From Diplonema japonicum (taxonomy: Eukaryota > Protista > Euglenozoa: Diplonemea), in NCBI GenBank assembly GCA_964019335.1, contig OZ025701.1, positions 124,001 to 188,000 on the forward strand: a stretch of 64,000 nt of DNA, written 5' to 3'. Every line of letters begins with the position of its first letter. The stretch's first letter is position 1. A program made the position numbers and the translations under genes. The notes under the pieces were generated by a model that saw only the letters and a list, made by a program, of their open reading frames with translations, did no database searches and was not told where the DNA came from. Positions 1-11,562 of this stretch are shown here, piece after piece.

Positions 1-1028
1 CACACACATGTCCTGCGTCATTCGGCTGTTGTCGACAGCGTCCATCAGCGCTTGTACCGCAAAGGTCTTCTCTCCTAAGGCGGAGTACGTGACCCCCATA
101 TTGATCTGTGCCACAGCCCTCCCGTAGTACCCGCAGAGAGATTCTTGCTTCTTGTAATGGTGCAGTGCTAGTTTTAACTTCCCCATTCTGTAATGGCACA
201 CACCCAGAAGGTTGTGCACCACCACCAGCCCCACTCGATCGGAAAGCTTCTCCATAATCGCCACGCACCTTCCCAACAAATCCGCCGCTCTTTCATAATC
301 ATTTTGCGTGTAGTTCAACGCTGCCATGTTGAAGTATGCAACGGCTTCCTGCTTCCGTTGCCCTGCACGGCGGCATGTTAAAGCACGTAGCATATAGTCC
401 TTCGGGTCTAAAGATTTAAACCCGTTCACCTTAGGTTTGGATTTGGGGGAAGAGGATGTTTTGCTGCCGTCGAGTCCTGCTGTTGTGCTTGCTTGCACCG
501 CACGACGCGGCGCGCGTTTCATGAACGTGAAGAGCTGCTCGACTTCGCTTGCAGTTGATTTTGGATCAACTAAAGGAGGCGGGTGGTACTCCACAGGGGG
601 GTCGAACCTTATCGGGACATCTATAGAGGATTCCAAGGCCGAGATGGGTGCGAGCTGAATGGTATTGTTGTGATTAAGAACTCGCGTTCACATACCTGCA
701 GTCCTGTTATGTTGTCGGTGGGAACGCCGGTCTTCTTGAACGGGTTCTTCGGGATGAGCTTCTGTATGTCGCCCTTGCGGTGCTTGAACGGGATGTTCTG
801 GTTGGAGTGGATGAATCCTTTGATAGCGTTGAGGTCGCTTGTGGTCAACAAGCCCTCCACCTCCCCTCGATTCTCATCCTTCTTTACAAGGCTTCCTTTG
901 ATCGCAGGCAAGACGGACCTCTGCGTGCGGCGTGGAGCTGTCCGTGCTCTGTAGGGTGGTGTTCTTTCAAACACGTCTACATACTTTTCAACTGTCGGTG
1001 GTTGGGGTGCTTGAGCGGTCTGCGTCAT
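1..1028 (-). CDS. TPR-repeat protein (3' end runs off window); intron 655..695
   Basis: ORF 621..1028 spliced through a 41-nt GTATGT..TTCAG intron continues open to position 1. It encodes TPR-like helices: EAVAYFNMAALNYTQNDYERAADLL, VVHNLLGVCHYRMGKLKLALHHYKK, AVAQINMGVTYSALGE. Confidence 0.8.
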
Positions 1029-1183
1029 GCCCCGCCCCTGCCTGGAATGAATATCAGACTTTGTTTATGTTGTAGTTTATACATGGGACCAAACAGAGTG
1101 AAAACGAGAAAGAAAGCGAACATTATTCACGATAGTGAGATGTCACAAAAATAAGAGAAAAAAAATAAAGAAGAGGTCCCTGT

Positions 1184-4100
1184 TCACACGAATGCAATAT
1201 CAGTGAATCTTGTTGGCAGCGGGCGCCACGTCTTTGGAGCAGACGCTGGCCGTGTCGGGTGCTTCGCCTCAGTCTTAACCAACACGGGTGCGGCAGTCGG
1301 AAGGGACACTCGTCGCGCGCTGTTCGGGCTCCTAGGACTCGCAGGATCGCTGCTCGGAAGGGATGTTTCGGGGAGCAGCACCAAAGAAGAAGGGGTGGGC
1401 ACTGTTCCCTCTACGCGACAAGGAGCGCCGAAGATGGGCATTTTAATTTTCTGTTTTTTAACCTTCGGGTTATGCGATTCGGAGCAAAGCATGAAGTCGT
1501 TCTTGAACTCTTCATAGTTCACCACCCACTGCCGCAGGAGTCTATCGGTGGTCGTGGCGATCTTCTCCGGTTCTTCGATGCCCGAGAAGGAGAACGTGTT
1601 CGTGGGTGCGAACTTCTTCCGCAGCTTTGCAAGCACCTTCTCAGTGCACCCCAGATCCTTCAGCACGGCTATGGCCCCCGTCAGACCCTTGACACCCCCT
1701 CGTGCCAGTTCGACCAGTTCTGTTATTGTTTGCTCGATACTCGGCCTGAGTTCTGCTTGCACAGCCACCTGCTTTGGAAGTTGAACGTTGTTCAAACACT
1801 CTGTTTGACTCATCAACATCGCGATGTTGGCCTTGCGTTGTTCGTCAGACTCGTTCTCTGGCGATACCATGATCACAGGAAGTTCCCTTTTTGCATCGTG
1901 CTCCAGTTGCTCCAATAGCGCTCTTTGCTTGTGAGCCTGCTCTCGTATGTCCATGTCTCCCACTGCGAGCACGTTGCTCCAGCCCATGCTCCCGGCCATG
2001 GACATACTCCCGTCCTGCTCCTCATTGTCCGTCGTGAGAGGGAATAATTCCGTGAAGCTGTTCCGTGGGTCGCTTAGATGGTCGTCCTGCAGCGATAAGG
2101 TGTCTGACGTGGTTCTGCGGCCCAAGGAGTGACGCTTACTAGAGGCAAAGGGAGACCGGCTGTCCGTCTGCGTCCCCTTAGATAAGACACCAAGATGCAA
2201 CGCAAGGCTGCTGGAATCTTCTTCCGTCTCTGCGCCATCGTACCTGGGGTCCTTTCCGAGCATCTTGTTGTCGTTGCTCGGATCCTTCTCAAGCACCTTA
2301 TTAGCAATGCTCGCAAAGTCCTTGAGCACATTCTTGCCGTCGCTCCAATCGCCCTCAAGCACCTTATTGTCGCTTGGGTAGTTTCCAAGCACCTTATTAT
2401 CGTTGCTCGTAAAGTTCTCAAGAACTTCACTGCCGTCTCTCAGATCGTTATCAAGCGCTTCATTGTCTCCTATGTCGTTATCAAGCACCTTATCGTCAGA
2501 ACAGAACTGGTAGCGACTGTCTTTATTCTTCGACGGCTGTGTTGGTTGTCTCTGAGGCCGTGCTTCGTGTGTGTGGAGTGTAGTTTCTCTTGCTTCTCTT
2601 GCGTTTACGTTACCATCGCTGCGCTCGTTACTCAACGGCGTTCCCTGTTCTGACATCTCTGGTGTCTGGACCTCCGGCGTTTGCTTGTTATCGTTGTACA
2701 CCTCGAACTGTATGTCACTGTAATGGCCGCCATCGTTGCACGGAGTTGCAAATTGAAATGCAGACTGGTTCTTGTTGTTGCCGAGAGGAACAGCGGGTAC
2801 AATTTTTGGTGAGGTAGAAATCTTGGAAAGACCGACGCGCGGGCTGCCGGGAGGCTTCGCACTCTCCCGCTTGCTCAATCTGCGTTGCATCTTAGAGGCT
2901 ATGGTGATCTGGTCCTGGTGTGTTCCCATCGGTGACACTGGAACGAGGAATCTATTCCCGCACACTTCTTCAACAACACTTCTTAAAGGGGTGGGCCTTT
3001 TCGACACGTTGGTATTCGGCATATCTATGTTGTGAGGCACCTTGGACCTGTTCAAGAACCCCCCAAGTGTCTTAAGATTTATCTCCTTCGCAGTGTCACC
3101 GTAGACACTGAGGCTCGACACGGAAGCAATTCGCTTCGATGCCTTGTAGAAACCTACCTCGAGAGCAACGGAAATATCGTGGCCGATCTCATAAAGTGCC
3201 TTGGATTTCTCGCTGGACAGCTTGAAGTCGTAGACAATGTGAGGCAAGGTCACCTGCTCTTTTGTAATGTGTGCATGACGTAGAAGCCGCAACTGGTTCT
3301 CGAGATCGGTGTGCTCTGCTTCGTACGCTTTCTTTTTTGTGTTCAGCTCGATTTGAAGTTTTTCGATTGTCTTTCTGAGGGCGTCGGCCTCATCGCTCTT
3401 CTTTTGTAATGTTTCCTCATACTCCTCCTCTACCACCTCGCGTTCCGTCTGCCTCGCCTCTCGGATAACGGCGATAAAGTCCTCGTCTTGTTCTAAAAGC
3501 TGTGTGTGAATAGCAGCCTTCTCCAGATCTTTGTCCTGCACGAGTTGTTCCGATCGCTCCAGTTCTTCCTTCCACTTCTGCTTTTCTTCGTCGAACGTAT
3601 CCAGTGCAGTGCACAGCTTATTCTCCATTATCTTCACCTCGTTCGTTCCGCTTGAAGAGCCGATGAAACCTTCTAATGTTTTCGTCATGACTTCGTCTTC
3701 CGGGACAGGGCACATTGTTGCCACAACGTCGAGGAAAGCGGCTGCTGTTGTGTCTGTGGCTGCATTGATGTCTGTTCGTGTTGGTGGCGCGATGAGCTTT
3801 TCGAAAAGAGGCATGTCAGGATAGACATAGCGCAGGTGGTGCTTCAGCAAACACACGTCTTTCCATATTCCAGTCCTCAGCTCTACGATCGCTGCCTCAC
3901 GCTTCTGAAGTTTATCCTTTAGCAGGTTGTGAAGGTGTCTGTAAAGACTCATGTTCTTCGTCGCCTCCGTCACCTGCTTCCTTAATGCCCGGATGATGGC
4001 CGCATCGTCACCCTGCTCCGTCTGCTGTGCAGGCATGTCTCGGGGGATCAACACCTCAAACCCCTTCAGTGTGCAATCGACGTCACCTTTCAGGCACACG

Positions 4101-4231
4101 TATACCAAATTCAGTGCGTCCGCGTCTTTCATTCCAACTATCTTCAGAGAGTCATCATAAGCCGATTCTATGATGCTCTGTGTTGTTTTGCGCAGGTCAT
4201 TGAAGTGCACTTGCAGCGTGCTGGGCTTCAT
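1184..4231 (-). CDS. Uncharacterised 1015-aa coiled-coil/low-complexity protein
   Basis: Long uninterrupted ORF with heptad-rich E/K/L segments and a disordered middle. No recognisable catalytic motif. Confidence 0.8.
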   Translation of the reverse strand: MKPSTLQVHFNDLRKTTQSIIESAYDDSLKIVGMKDADALNLVYVCLKGDVDCTLKGFEVLIPRDMPAQQTEQGDDAAIIRALRKQVTEATKNMSLYRHLHNLLKDKLQKREAAIVELRTGIWKDVCLLKHHLRYVYPDMPLFEKLIAPPTRTDINAATDTTAAAFLDVVATMCPVPEDEVMTKTLEGFIGSSSGTNEVKIMENKLCTALDTFDEEKQKWKEELERSEQLVQDKDLEKAAIHTQLLEQDEDFIAVIREARQTEREVVEEEYEETLQKKSDEADALRKTIEKLQIELNTKKKAYEAEHTDLENQLRLLRHAHITKEQVTLPHIVYDFKLSSEKSKALYEIGHDISVALEVGFYKASKRIASVSSLSVYGDTAKEINLKTLGGFLNRSKVPHNIDMPNTNVSKRPTPLRSVVEEVCGNRFLVPVSPMGTHQDQITIASKMQRRLSKRESAKPPGSPRVGLSKISTSPKIVPAVPLGNNKNQSAFQFATPCNDGGHYSDIQFEVYNDNKQTPEVQTPEMSEQGTPLSNERSDGNVNAREARETTLHTHEARPQRQPTQPSKNKDSRYQFCSDDKVLDNDIGDNEALDNDLRDGSEVLENFTSNDNKVLGNYPSDNKVLEGDWSDGKNVLKDFASIANKVLEKDPSNDNKMLGKDPRYDGAETEEDSSSLALHLGVLSKGTQTDSRSPFASSKRHSLGRRTTSDTLSLQDDHLSDPRNSFTELFPLTTDNEEQDGSMSMAGSMGWSNVLAVGDMDIREQAHKQRALLEQLEHDAKRELPVIMVSPENESDEQRKANIAMLMSQTECLNNVQLPKQVAVQAELRPSIEQTITELVELARGGVKGLTGAIAVLKDLGCTEKVLAKLRKKFAPTNTFSFSGIEEPEKIATTTDRLLRQWVVNYEEFKNDFMLCSESHNPKVKKQKIKMPIFGAPCRVEGTVPTPSSLVLLPETSLPSSDPASPRSPNSARRVSLPTAAPVLVKTEAKHPTRPASAPKTWRPLPTRFTDIAFV
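2250..2500 (-). repeat. Intragenic degenerate 33-36-bp tandem repeat (about 7 copies, DNKVLxND motif)
   Basis: Plus-strand CAAGCACCTTAT recurs. Protein reads DDKVLDND, DNEALDND, DNKVLGNY, DNKVLEGD, ANKVLEKD, DNKMLGKD. Confidence 0.75.
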
Positions 4232-4462
4232 GGTGTTGTGTCGTTGGCATTAACGTGAAAATGTGCCTTCGGGTTTTACTTTGGGGGGGAGGGGGGGGAG
4301 GGGGCGGACCAATGAAAATAAAAAAGAATACTGAACCCCATGGTTCCAGCATCAACTGCTACTGATCCCAGCTCGTAATAAAGGTTTTTTGCATACTGCA
4401 AGGCTGGTCAAAGGTACTTAACGTCGTCTTCACCAGTCTCGTGTTGCCGTGGCTCACATGGT

Positions 4463-5965
4463 TTACCCTGAGAACCAAAACCTTTCAGGCATGTACGGCG
4501 TGGAGGGTATGCCTGTAGCCTTGCCCACTGTCATGTCTGACAGGATTTGGGCTGCACCCAGTGCCGTGTTGCACCCCGCAGGCCCTAGACCACAGCAAAC
4601 ATACACATTCGAAGGTCTCGAAAGGAACCAGCCCTTCTCCCTTATCTTTCCTATCACCGGTACACCATCAGGCGTAAGGGCGACTCCGTCCACATATACC
4701 CCTTCGCTCCTGGGGGCCTTGATTCGTGCGTACAGATGTAGCTGCTCGTCGTAGCGCGATGTGACCTGTTGGATGAGGCCGTGTGCTGCTCATACCTGTT
4801 CGATGGTGCTGCTGTTGGTCTCCTGCCCGAAGCTCGGACTTGGCGAACTGAGCAATCTGCAAAGCAAAAAGGTAACAAGTGATACATAGCATACCCGTTC
4901 CGTTCCAAACTCAACATCCCGCTGCCACGCACCTTGTCGGTGGCGTCCCTGTCCCGCGAGAGGGCGATGCCTTGCTCGATGGAGGTACTCCCGTCAGGGA
5001 TCGCCATGAGAGAAGTCGTAGGGGGCGACAAGTAGTCAATTACGTACCCGGTGGCCTGCGTGGTGTGTACTTATTTTAAAAATACAAAATACCTGGTAAA
5101 GGGGTGCAAATAAAGCGCAGCCTGTTTTCACCAGCAGCGAGGCTGTCTCTGCCCCGCGTGCCAACACAACAGCATCGCACGGCAACTCGGACCCATCAGC
5201 AAGCACCACGCTTGTCGCCTTACCGCCCGATCGACTGAAGCTGGAAACATTCGCAGGGTAATGCGAAATGCCCCCAACCTTGCTCAAACAGTACGTTTTC
5301 AAGCTCTCAGATAACCCCAACAGGTCGTACGTGGGCACGTTGTAGGACACAGCTCCCGCGATGTTCTTTCTGATATGCAACAGTGTGGGGAAGGCACTCC
5401 CGGTGTTGGAGCCTTTGGACGCGGAGATGTTGAAGTGCAGGCCCTGCCTTTGCAACTCGACAAGGAGGAGGCGGTGGTCGCCAAAACTGCATTTATCAAG
5501 GAATAGGTCTGTGGTGATGGTGGAGATGGGGCGTGCGGCTAGCGTTGTACTGAGGTCCTGCATCAGTGTATTGTGGTGCTGCGCGAGGGTAGCATTTGCA
5601 AGGTCGGAAGTCGAGAGGACAGACTCACGAGTGTAGAACGGCATCCTGCTCGCCCAGTTCAACATGCTCGGAGAGAGGAGAGACTGGAAGCGAAAGGCCG
5701 TGGACTGTGGTGGGACGTCTGTTTCAGCAACGTACTTCAACATCTGGAACCACCCGTGGAACAGTGTGTTAGAAACAAGCATGTGGTTCTGGACCCTCGG
5801 AGGGTGCACGTCAATAACCCCCCGAGCGTGGATGGCTTCCTTGGGACCGACATCATCACCAACTATCACGACCCTCCTCCACCCTGCTTTCCGGAGGTAG
5901 TATCCAAGCCCCCATGTCAGCAACCCTCCGTCACCCACAACAACTATCTGTGAGTCTTCTTTCAT
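4463..5965 (-). CDS. FAD-dependent oxidoreductase, D-amino acid oxidase/DadA-like (465 aa); introns 5056..5092, 4857..4894, 4766..4795
   Basis: N-terminal Rossmann-like IVVVGDGG..GYYLRKAG..VVIV, then DAVVLARG, and C-terminal TPDGVPVIG..NVYVCCGLGPAG..ALGAAQILSD. Three GT-AG introns join the ORF fragments in frame. Confidence 0.75.
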
Positions 5966-7143
5966 TATATCTCGCCTGCTCGTGATTAAGTTTAAAGAAA
6001 GAAAAGACAAGATATTTGATTCACGGTGATACGTTCACGGTGCAATGTACAAAAAAAAGGAGAGGGGAAACGTTAGTTTAGAGAAACAAGAAGATGTGCT
6101 TTTTTTTTTTCTTTCTTTTTTTTTTTCTTCTTTTTACTCAATTGTGGCTTCTGTTTCGTCAACGGTTCGATCGGGAAAAAGAAAAAAGAAAAAAAAAAAG
6201 GGTGTGAACCTTAGGATCGTGCACGCCCCCATGCCCCTCATCTAAGAGAAAGATGGCCTTCTGATTATCAAACTGTTTTAAAAAATTCGACTTTTAAAAA
6301 AGAAAGAAAACGAGGAGGGAAAAAAAGAAGCAGTGTTTTAAGGAACCTGTGTTCATCTGACAAGAAATCCAGAAAAGAAATAATAACGTTAACACCCGGG
6401 AGCAGGGAGAAAAAAAAAAAAAAAAAAAAAAAAAGCCAAGGGAGGGTAATTAAAGAATTTACTTTTAAGAGAAAGGATTAAAACAAATGAAAAAAAAATT
6501 AAAAAATTCTGTGGCATATTTAAGCCGAGCGGTGAAGCCCAAGCAAAGGAAGAGCTCTACATCCTTCAAGTCAAATTCGCCTACTGCACAAACTGAAAGA
6601 TGCTAAAAAAAAAGGAGCGATAGGAAGGAAACCATTTGTTAGGGGGGGGGGGGGGGGAAGCGCGGCCATTTTCTTTCTTTTTCTTTTTCTTTTTTTTTGC
6701 CTCTCTAAGAATATTCGGCGCTTGTTTTTTGTACAAGCCGATACTTAGAAAATAAAGGTGGGGGGGGGGGGGGGGAATAATTACAAGAAGTTCGCCCCCA
6801 AGCCTCCCAAGTTCCGTAGAAAGTAAAAGTGGAGAGGGGCCACAAAAGCACCGTTCATTGGCAAAATGCCGCGGCTTCCCCACGTGTACGGCTTAAGAAC
6901 GAGAGGTTCCCTTGTCTCCCTCCAAACCACAATTACCAAGAACCACCACTGGGAGGCTTGGGGGGCGAACCCCGGAAACATAGCCCCCCCTCAAAAATAA
7001 AGTGTTGAGCTATTTTCTAGTCGAACTCATATTCTTCCCTTCTCATTAAAGAGAGAAAGAAAAGGAGGCCATTTTTATAGCACTTTACTTTTTTTTTGAG
7101 GGGTGCAGTAAGAGGGGGCCCGGGGAGGGGAGAGAGAGGAAAA

Positions 7144-10100
7144 TCAGTGCAGGCATTTCAAGTGGGGCACAATATCCCAGTTTTGAAACTCCACCTTGTT
7201 GTGCTTCACGTCCGCATAAGGGAAACCCCTCCTCTCGATACACGTAAACCCCAACTTCTTCCCCAACATATTGAGGAAGCCAAATGGACGGATGCGCCTG
7301 ACGCTGACTAAGTCGAGCGCAATGCTATCAAAGTACAGGACGCAGTACGTATTAGTCATGTCCCACACCCACTTGTCATGAGTTCGCTGCAGCTGCGTCT
7401 CATATTCCACGCCCAGCACACCAATAAGGAGGTTTAGAAGCATGATCTGGATAATGAAAGTAAGAGCCAGCCACATGAAGGGACCGACATACGTATCAGC
7501 CAAGTAGTAGTCATTGAAATCTTCTGTATCAGACATGACGTGCCTCTCGATAGTCAGAAAGGTGTCGTACCACGACTTATACCCTTTCATATCCTCCCCG
7601 AACATCACATAAAGGCCTAGGGCGAAGAACAAGGAGATCAACTGCCAAAGCAGTGTGAAGACGATTACGTTCCTCGAGAACAGGGTCTTCATGACCGCAT
7701 CCGCCACCGGCCCCACAAAGTACCCTACGATGGGAAGCATTGCGATATGCTTGATTAGCAGCAACCCGTATACAATAAAATTTAGCCCCAGCACCTTATT
7801 TTGTGAAATGAATGCTACCTTCACATCAGGTACAGTGGCGTAAAAGTGTTTTAATTCAGGGCCGCTGGCGCTGTACGGGGGGTAGTGATCCATTTCATCG
7901 GACATGTCAGCCATACGATGCGTCAGATCCCTGTGGCGCACAAGGAGAAGAATCAGCATCACCAGCCCACAGACGTCTAAAAGATTGCTGTCCCTCCCAA
8001 GGTAGTCCAGAGGGAAGTCCCAGAAAATGCTTTTTATCGGCTTCAGGATCACCCCTAGCTCAAACAACGTCCCGCGGCTTGTGCGTAGCACTTTGTCCGT
8101 TTCTTTCTCCTCAGTTTTCCGACGGTCACTATCTTCGACATTTTCAGTGTTGTCTACTTTTCCACCAGTATATATGTGGTCCTTCATATTCTTCTTCCAT
8201 CTCGAAATGTACTTTGCATTGCTGCACACGCACGCGTGGATGTCCTTAATCTCAACAATCAAGAGGTATATGAGACTGATGAACAGCAACACGATTGCCG
8301 CTTGATGTATATTTATTTCTTTATCAGTCTGACTGAAATAAATAGGCAGGATGACAGAGGCACCCCAGAAAGGGTAAAGGGAACCCTCAAGGGGCATCTC
8401 AATGAGCATCGTGATCGACTGGAAGGTGTTTACAGAGGGGTTGTGCATGTTCACCCATATCAACACAGCACGCGTCTGCTCGTCGAACACCGCATCCTTC
8501 TCAAGCTTCTCCACATACGCTGCAGCAGCCGCCCTGTTGTTCGGGATCTCGTGGGTGTCGTTCACTGCAAACGTGTACTCGCTGGGTGACAGTTCCCAAA
8601 CCTTTCTCGTGTTCATTGAAGTGTGTCCTCCATCAGATTCCTCTATTGCAGAGTAGCAGTGCCGCTTGTATGTGTCAGTCACCATTTTGGAGGTGTTGCT
8701 TGCAAAAAGCCAGCGGGGCACATTGCATTTTCCCTGTTCACCTTGAAGCCGAACAACCCGGACACTCCCCACTACCTCCCACAGAAGCACGCCGGATGCA
8801 TTCCCGAAGAGTTGCAAAAAAGGCCCCTGCAGCCACGTGTGCAGGTCTTCTATCTCTTTCATTTCGTGAAAGGAAGTCCCGACCTCATTGTCCTTCACCG
8901 CACTCACCGACAGGTAGTCTGCCTGAGTGCGCACCCACCACGTCGTCAGCAAGCACAGTAACGTGAAAATAATGACATGCGGGATAATGTCCAGGAATGC
9001 AGAGCAGCATGAAGCCAGCCTTGTCTTTGAAGGGTTCGCGTTGTGCAGCGTCATGAGAACCTTCTTCAACTCTTCATCGACCATTTGATGTGCTTCGTCG
9101 TCACGGGCCTCCTTCACCTCGTTCTGAAGCAAGGACCTGTGGTAAAGAGCAATAGCTACATCGTGGGCGTCTACCCTCTCCAACTCAGACTGCATCTCAG
9201 TGCATGCTCCTTTGTACAAAAGTCTGTCCAGGCATTCGTGATGGCAGAACATTGCAGCCAAGTGCAGCGGCGTTACACCCGTTGTGTTGCTTCTTGCTCG
9301 TTTCTGATAAAATTCAGGATCTGTCTGTCCCCTTGAGATCAACAGGACTTCGCTGGATATTTCTTTCAGATCCTCGGGACCCATCTTTGTGTTGCCCTCC
9401 AGTTGTTCGCCAGGTGCATTCACTATCAGGTACTCCACATTATCTACACCTACATCTACCCCCGCACTATGATCAAGGAGAACCTTCAAGCAGCCATCAC
9501 TGCCTGAGTACACTGCGTAGTGTGCAGGTGTCCAACCCAAGTTATCTGTGCGCTTCAGAAGCTTATCAATCTGAGGGTTCCGACTGTTCAAATAACCTTC
9601 CAGCACTGCCTCGTTGCCCACCAAACACAACCAATGAAGGAGGGACAGTCCATTGTCGCACACAAGGGCCTCCACACCCATGCGGGTGCTCGTCCATAGG
9701 TGCCTGTACTGCAGCAGCACGGACTCGTGTGACAGCTCCTGTTTGCTGAAGTGTGTTTCACACTGTTCCCAACAGAGGAGGTGCTTCTTGAAAGCATACA
9801 CCACCTCCGATGGTGCCTTCTGCATCAGTAGCTGAAGTCCCACACGATGACTTCCATCGGATGTTTTGAGTAAACCACATCTGTCCACCAGCACTTTTGG
9901 TGTCGTGTCGGTGACGTTGTCCACCACACAGGAATCCAGCAGGTGCCGAATTATCAGAGTCGCCTTTTCGCTATGCTCTTGCGAGAGAAGGCTGTGGCTG
10001 GCAAGCCAGAAAGAGGGCCTGTTTTCGATCTCGGAGGATGTGGGTTGGGTTGACCCGACGGCATTCTGTGTGAAAGAGAAGGCGTCCCGAGACTCGTTAT

Positions 10101-11055
10101 TCATATCTGGAAGCTCGTTAAGTGCGAAGTGAAGAATGTACCGACCGGGTGCTGACCACAAATCGGCGTCGGGGCCGTCGGTATCGCGATTGGCAGCACG
10201 GGAACTGCTACTTTCATAAAGACGGTTAGAAAAGGGACTGTTACCATCAGCAGGAATGTCAGAATAACCATCGGATCTGTCGCGTCTCCTGGGATCGTTT
10301 GTGCCGGTGTCGTTCTTGAATCTCCTGGTACCCTTCTTGTAACCCCCCTCCATCATGGCCTCCACGATGCTCACGAGTCCTCGTCGGACAGCAGACTCCA
10401 GAGGAGTGCAATTCAATCTACTTAACGCTACCTCGTCGTCCCTTTCTTTTCCAAACAAACTGAGGTGGAGCTTTTGGTCTTCTTCAGATCCCGGATATCC
10501 CCGTGCTTTTTCTTTAAGCGTTTGCGAGCCTTTGTGTGACCATTCCCTGTTGACGAAGCGCACCATGTTGATGAGGAGGTCGGTGGCACTGCGCTGCTCA
10601 GAGTCATTGCTTATGCTGTGCACCATATTGTCCATCAAAACGTGGAATGGGTACTTATGCAGTTTGCAAACATCCAGCACTCTCTCCCCCTTCGAGATCA
10701 CATCGACGCCTTCGATGGAGAAGGTCGTCTCACTTTCTATATCTTCTGCAATCTCTGCCTCGGCCAACTTCGAGAGTAACCTTGATATGTGGAAGTACAA
10801 CTCCCCTGCCCTTGCCCTGTTTCGGTAGTGTGCTTTCGCCATAAGATCCAAGATGTTCTCGAAACCATCGATTTTGTCATCCACCTTTTTTTCAATCTGC
10901 CTGAAAAGCTCGAAGAAATTAATGTTCTCCAAGCCGAAGACTCGGTGCAGGAGCCGCTCCTTTTCCCGCTCCTCCTCCTCAACGTCTTTGGCATCATTTG
11001 CCTCCTTGAAACCAGTGAAAAATTTCTCAATTTCAACAAAAGTCCTCTTGGCCAT
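7144..11055 (-). CDS. Ankyrin-repeat + polycystin-2 (TRPP)-like cation channel
   Basis: Ankyrin motifs GWTPAHYAVYSG, GVTPLHLAAMF, GLSLLHWLC. PKD2-like extracellular domain (GSVRVVRL..C; DEQTRAVLIWVNMHNPSVNTF..LIEMP). S5 FFALGLYVMFG, pore loop, and S6 IMLLNLLIGVL. Confidence 0.85.
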   Translation of the reverse strand: MAKRTFVEIEKFFTGFKEANDAKDVEEEEREKERLLHRVFGLENINFFELFRQIEKKVDDKIDGFENILDLMAKAHYRNRARAGELYFHISRLLSKLAEAEIAEDIESETTFSIEGVDVISKGERVLDVCKLHKYPFHVLMDNMVHSISNDSEQRSATDLLINMVRFVNREWSHKGSQTLKEKARGYPGSEEDQKLHLSLFGKERDDEVALSRLNCTPLESAVRRGLVSIVEAMMEGGYKKGTRRFKNDTGTNDPRRRDRSDGYSDIPADGNSPFSNRLYESSSSRAANRDTDGPDADLWSAPGRYILHFALNELPDMNNESRDAFSFTQNAVGSTQPTSSEIENRPSFWLASHSLLSQEHSEKATLIIRHLLDSCVVDNVTDTTPKVLVDRCGLLKTSDGSHRVGLQLLMQKAPSEVVYAFKKHLLCWEQCETHFSKQELSHESVLLQYRHLWTSTRMGVEALVCDNGLSLLHWLCLVGNEAVLEGYLNSRNPQIDKLLKRTDNLGWTPAHYAVYSGSDGCLKVLLDHSAGVDVGVDNVEYLIVNAPGEQLEGNTKMGPEDLKEISSEVLLISRGQTDPEFYQKRARSNTTGVTPLHLAAMFCHHECLDRLLYKGACTEMQSELERVDAHDVAIALYHRSLLQNEVKEARDDEAHQMVDEELKKVLMTLHNANPSKTRLASCCSAFLDIIPHVIIFTLLCLLTTWWVRTQADYLSVSAVKDNEVGTSFHEMKEIEDLHTWLQGPFLQLFGNASGVLLWEVVGSVRVVRLQGEQGKCNVPRWLFASNTSKMVTDTYKRHCYSAIEESDGGHTSMNTRKVWELSPSEYTFAVNDTHEIPNNRAAAAAYVEKLEKDAVFDEQTRAVLIWVNMHNPSVNTFQSITMLIEMPLEGSLYPFWGASVILPIYFSQTDKEINIHQAAIVLLFISLIYLLIVEIKDIHACVCSNAKYISRWKKNMKDHIYTGGKVDNTENVEDSDRRKTEEKETDKVLRTSRGTLFELGVILKPIKSIFWDFPLDYLGRDSNLLDVCGLVMLILLLVRHRDLTHRMADMSDEMDHYPPYSASGPELKHFYATVPDVKVAFISQNKVLGLNFIVYGLLLIKHIAMLPIVGYFVGPVADAVMKTLFSRNVIVFTLLWQLISLFFALGLYVMFGEDMKGYKSWYDTFLTIERHVMSDTEDFNDYYLADTYVGPFMWLALTFIIQIMLLNLLIGVLGVEYETQLQRTHDKWVWDMTNTYCVLYFDSIALDLVSVRRIRPFGFLNMLGKKLGFTCIERRGFPYADVKHNKVEFQNWDIVPHLKCLH

Positions 11056-11562
11056 TTTCGGACTTTTTCTTTCCCCCTACCTCCTGACTATAGGTGTGAT
11101 CCGAAGAAAGCAAAAAAAAAAAAAAAAGAAAAAGAAAATTCAGAACGAGCTTGGAAGAAAGAAGAAGCGCGGGGGTGTTACATTGGAAGATAAAAAAAAG
11201 GGGGTTAAACCATTATGACTTATGTCTTTTTGTAGCTCGCACGAGTAAAATAAAACTTAGAAAAGCTGCTGAGGCTTTCTTTTCGTCTTCTTTTTTGTTG
11301 CTCGACACAAGTGATGGTATGCTCTTTTAGAAGGAAACGGAAAGGGCAACCTTTCAGGGCAAGTCCCACTTAAGGAGGTTGCTTTTATTTTGAACGACCG
11401 CCATGGCCAGCGCCAACGTGCCTAATTGTGAGCTTCCAAGCAATTAGCCTCACAGATCGCTTTAGACATTTTGGCCGCCATTTTAGCAAAGGGGGAAAGA
11501 AAAAAATCAGTACCCAGCTGGAAAGAAGGGACTTGTTATTGTTTCTCCCCCCCCCCTTTCTT

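Noticed and set aside
11400-11480. CTAATTG/CAATTAG hairpin followed by AGA as an H/ACA RNA
   Set aside because: It is on the non-transcribed strand and the lower stem is too weak.
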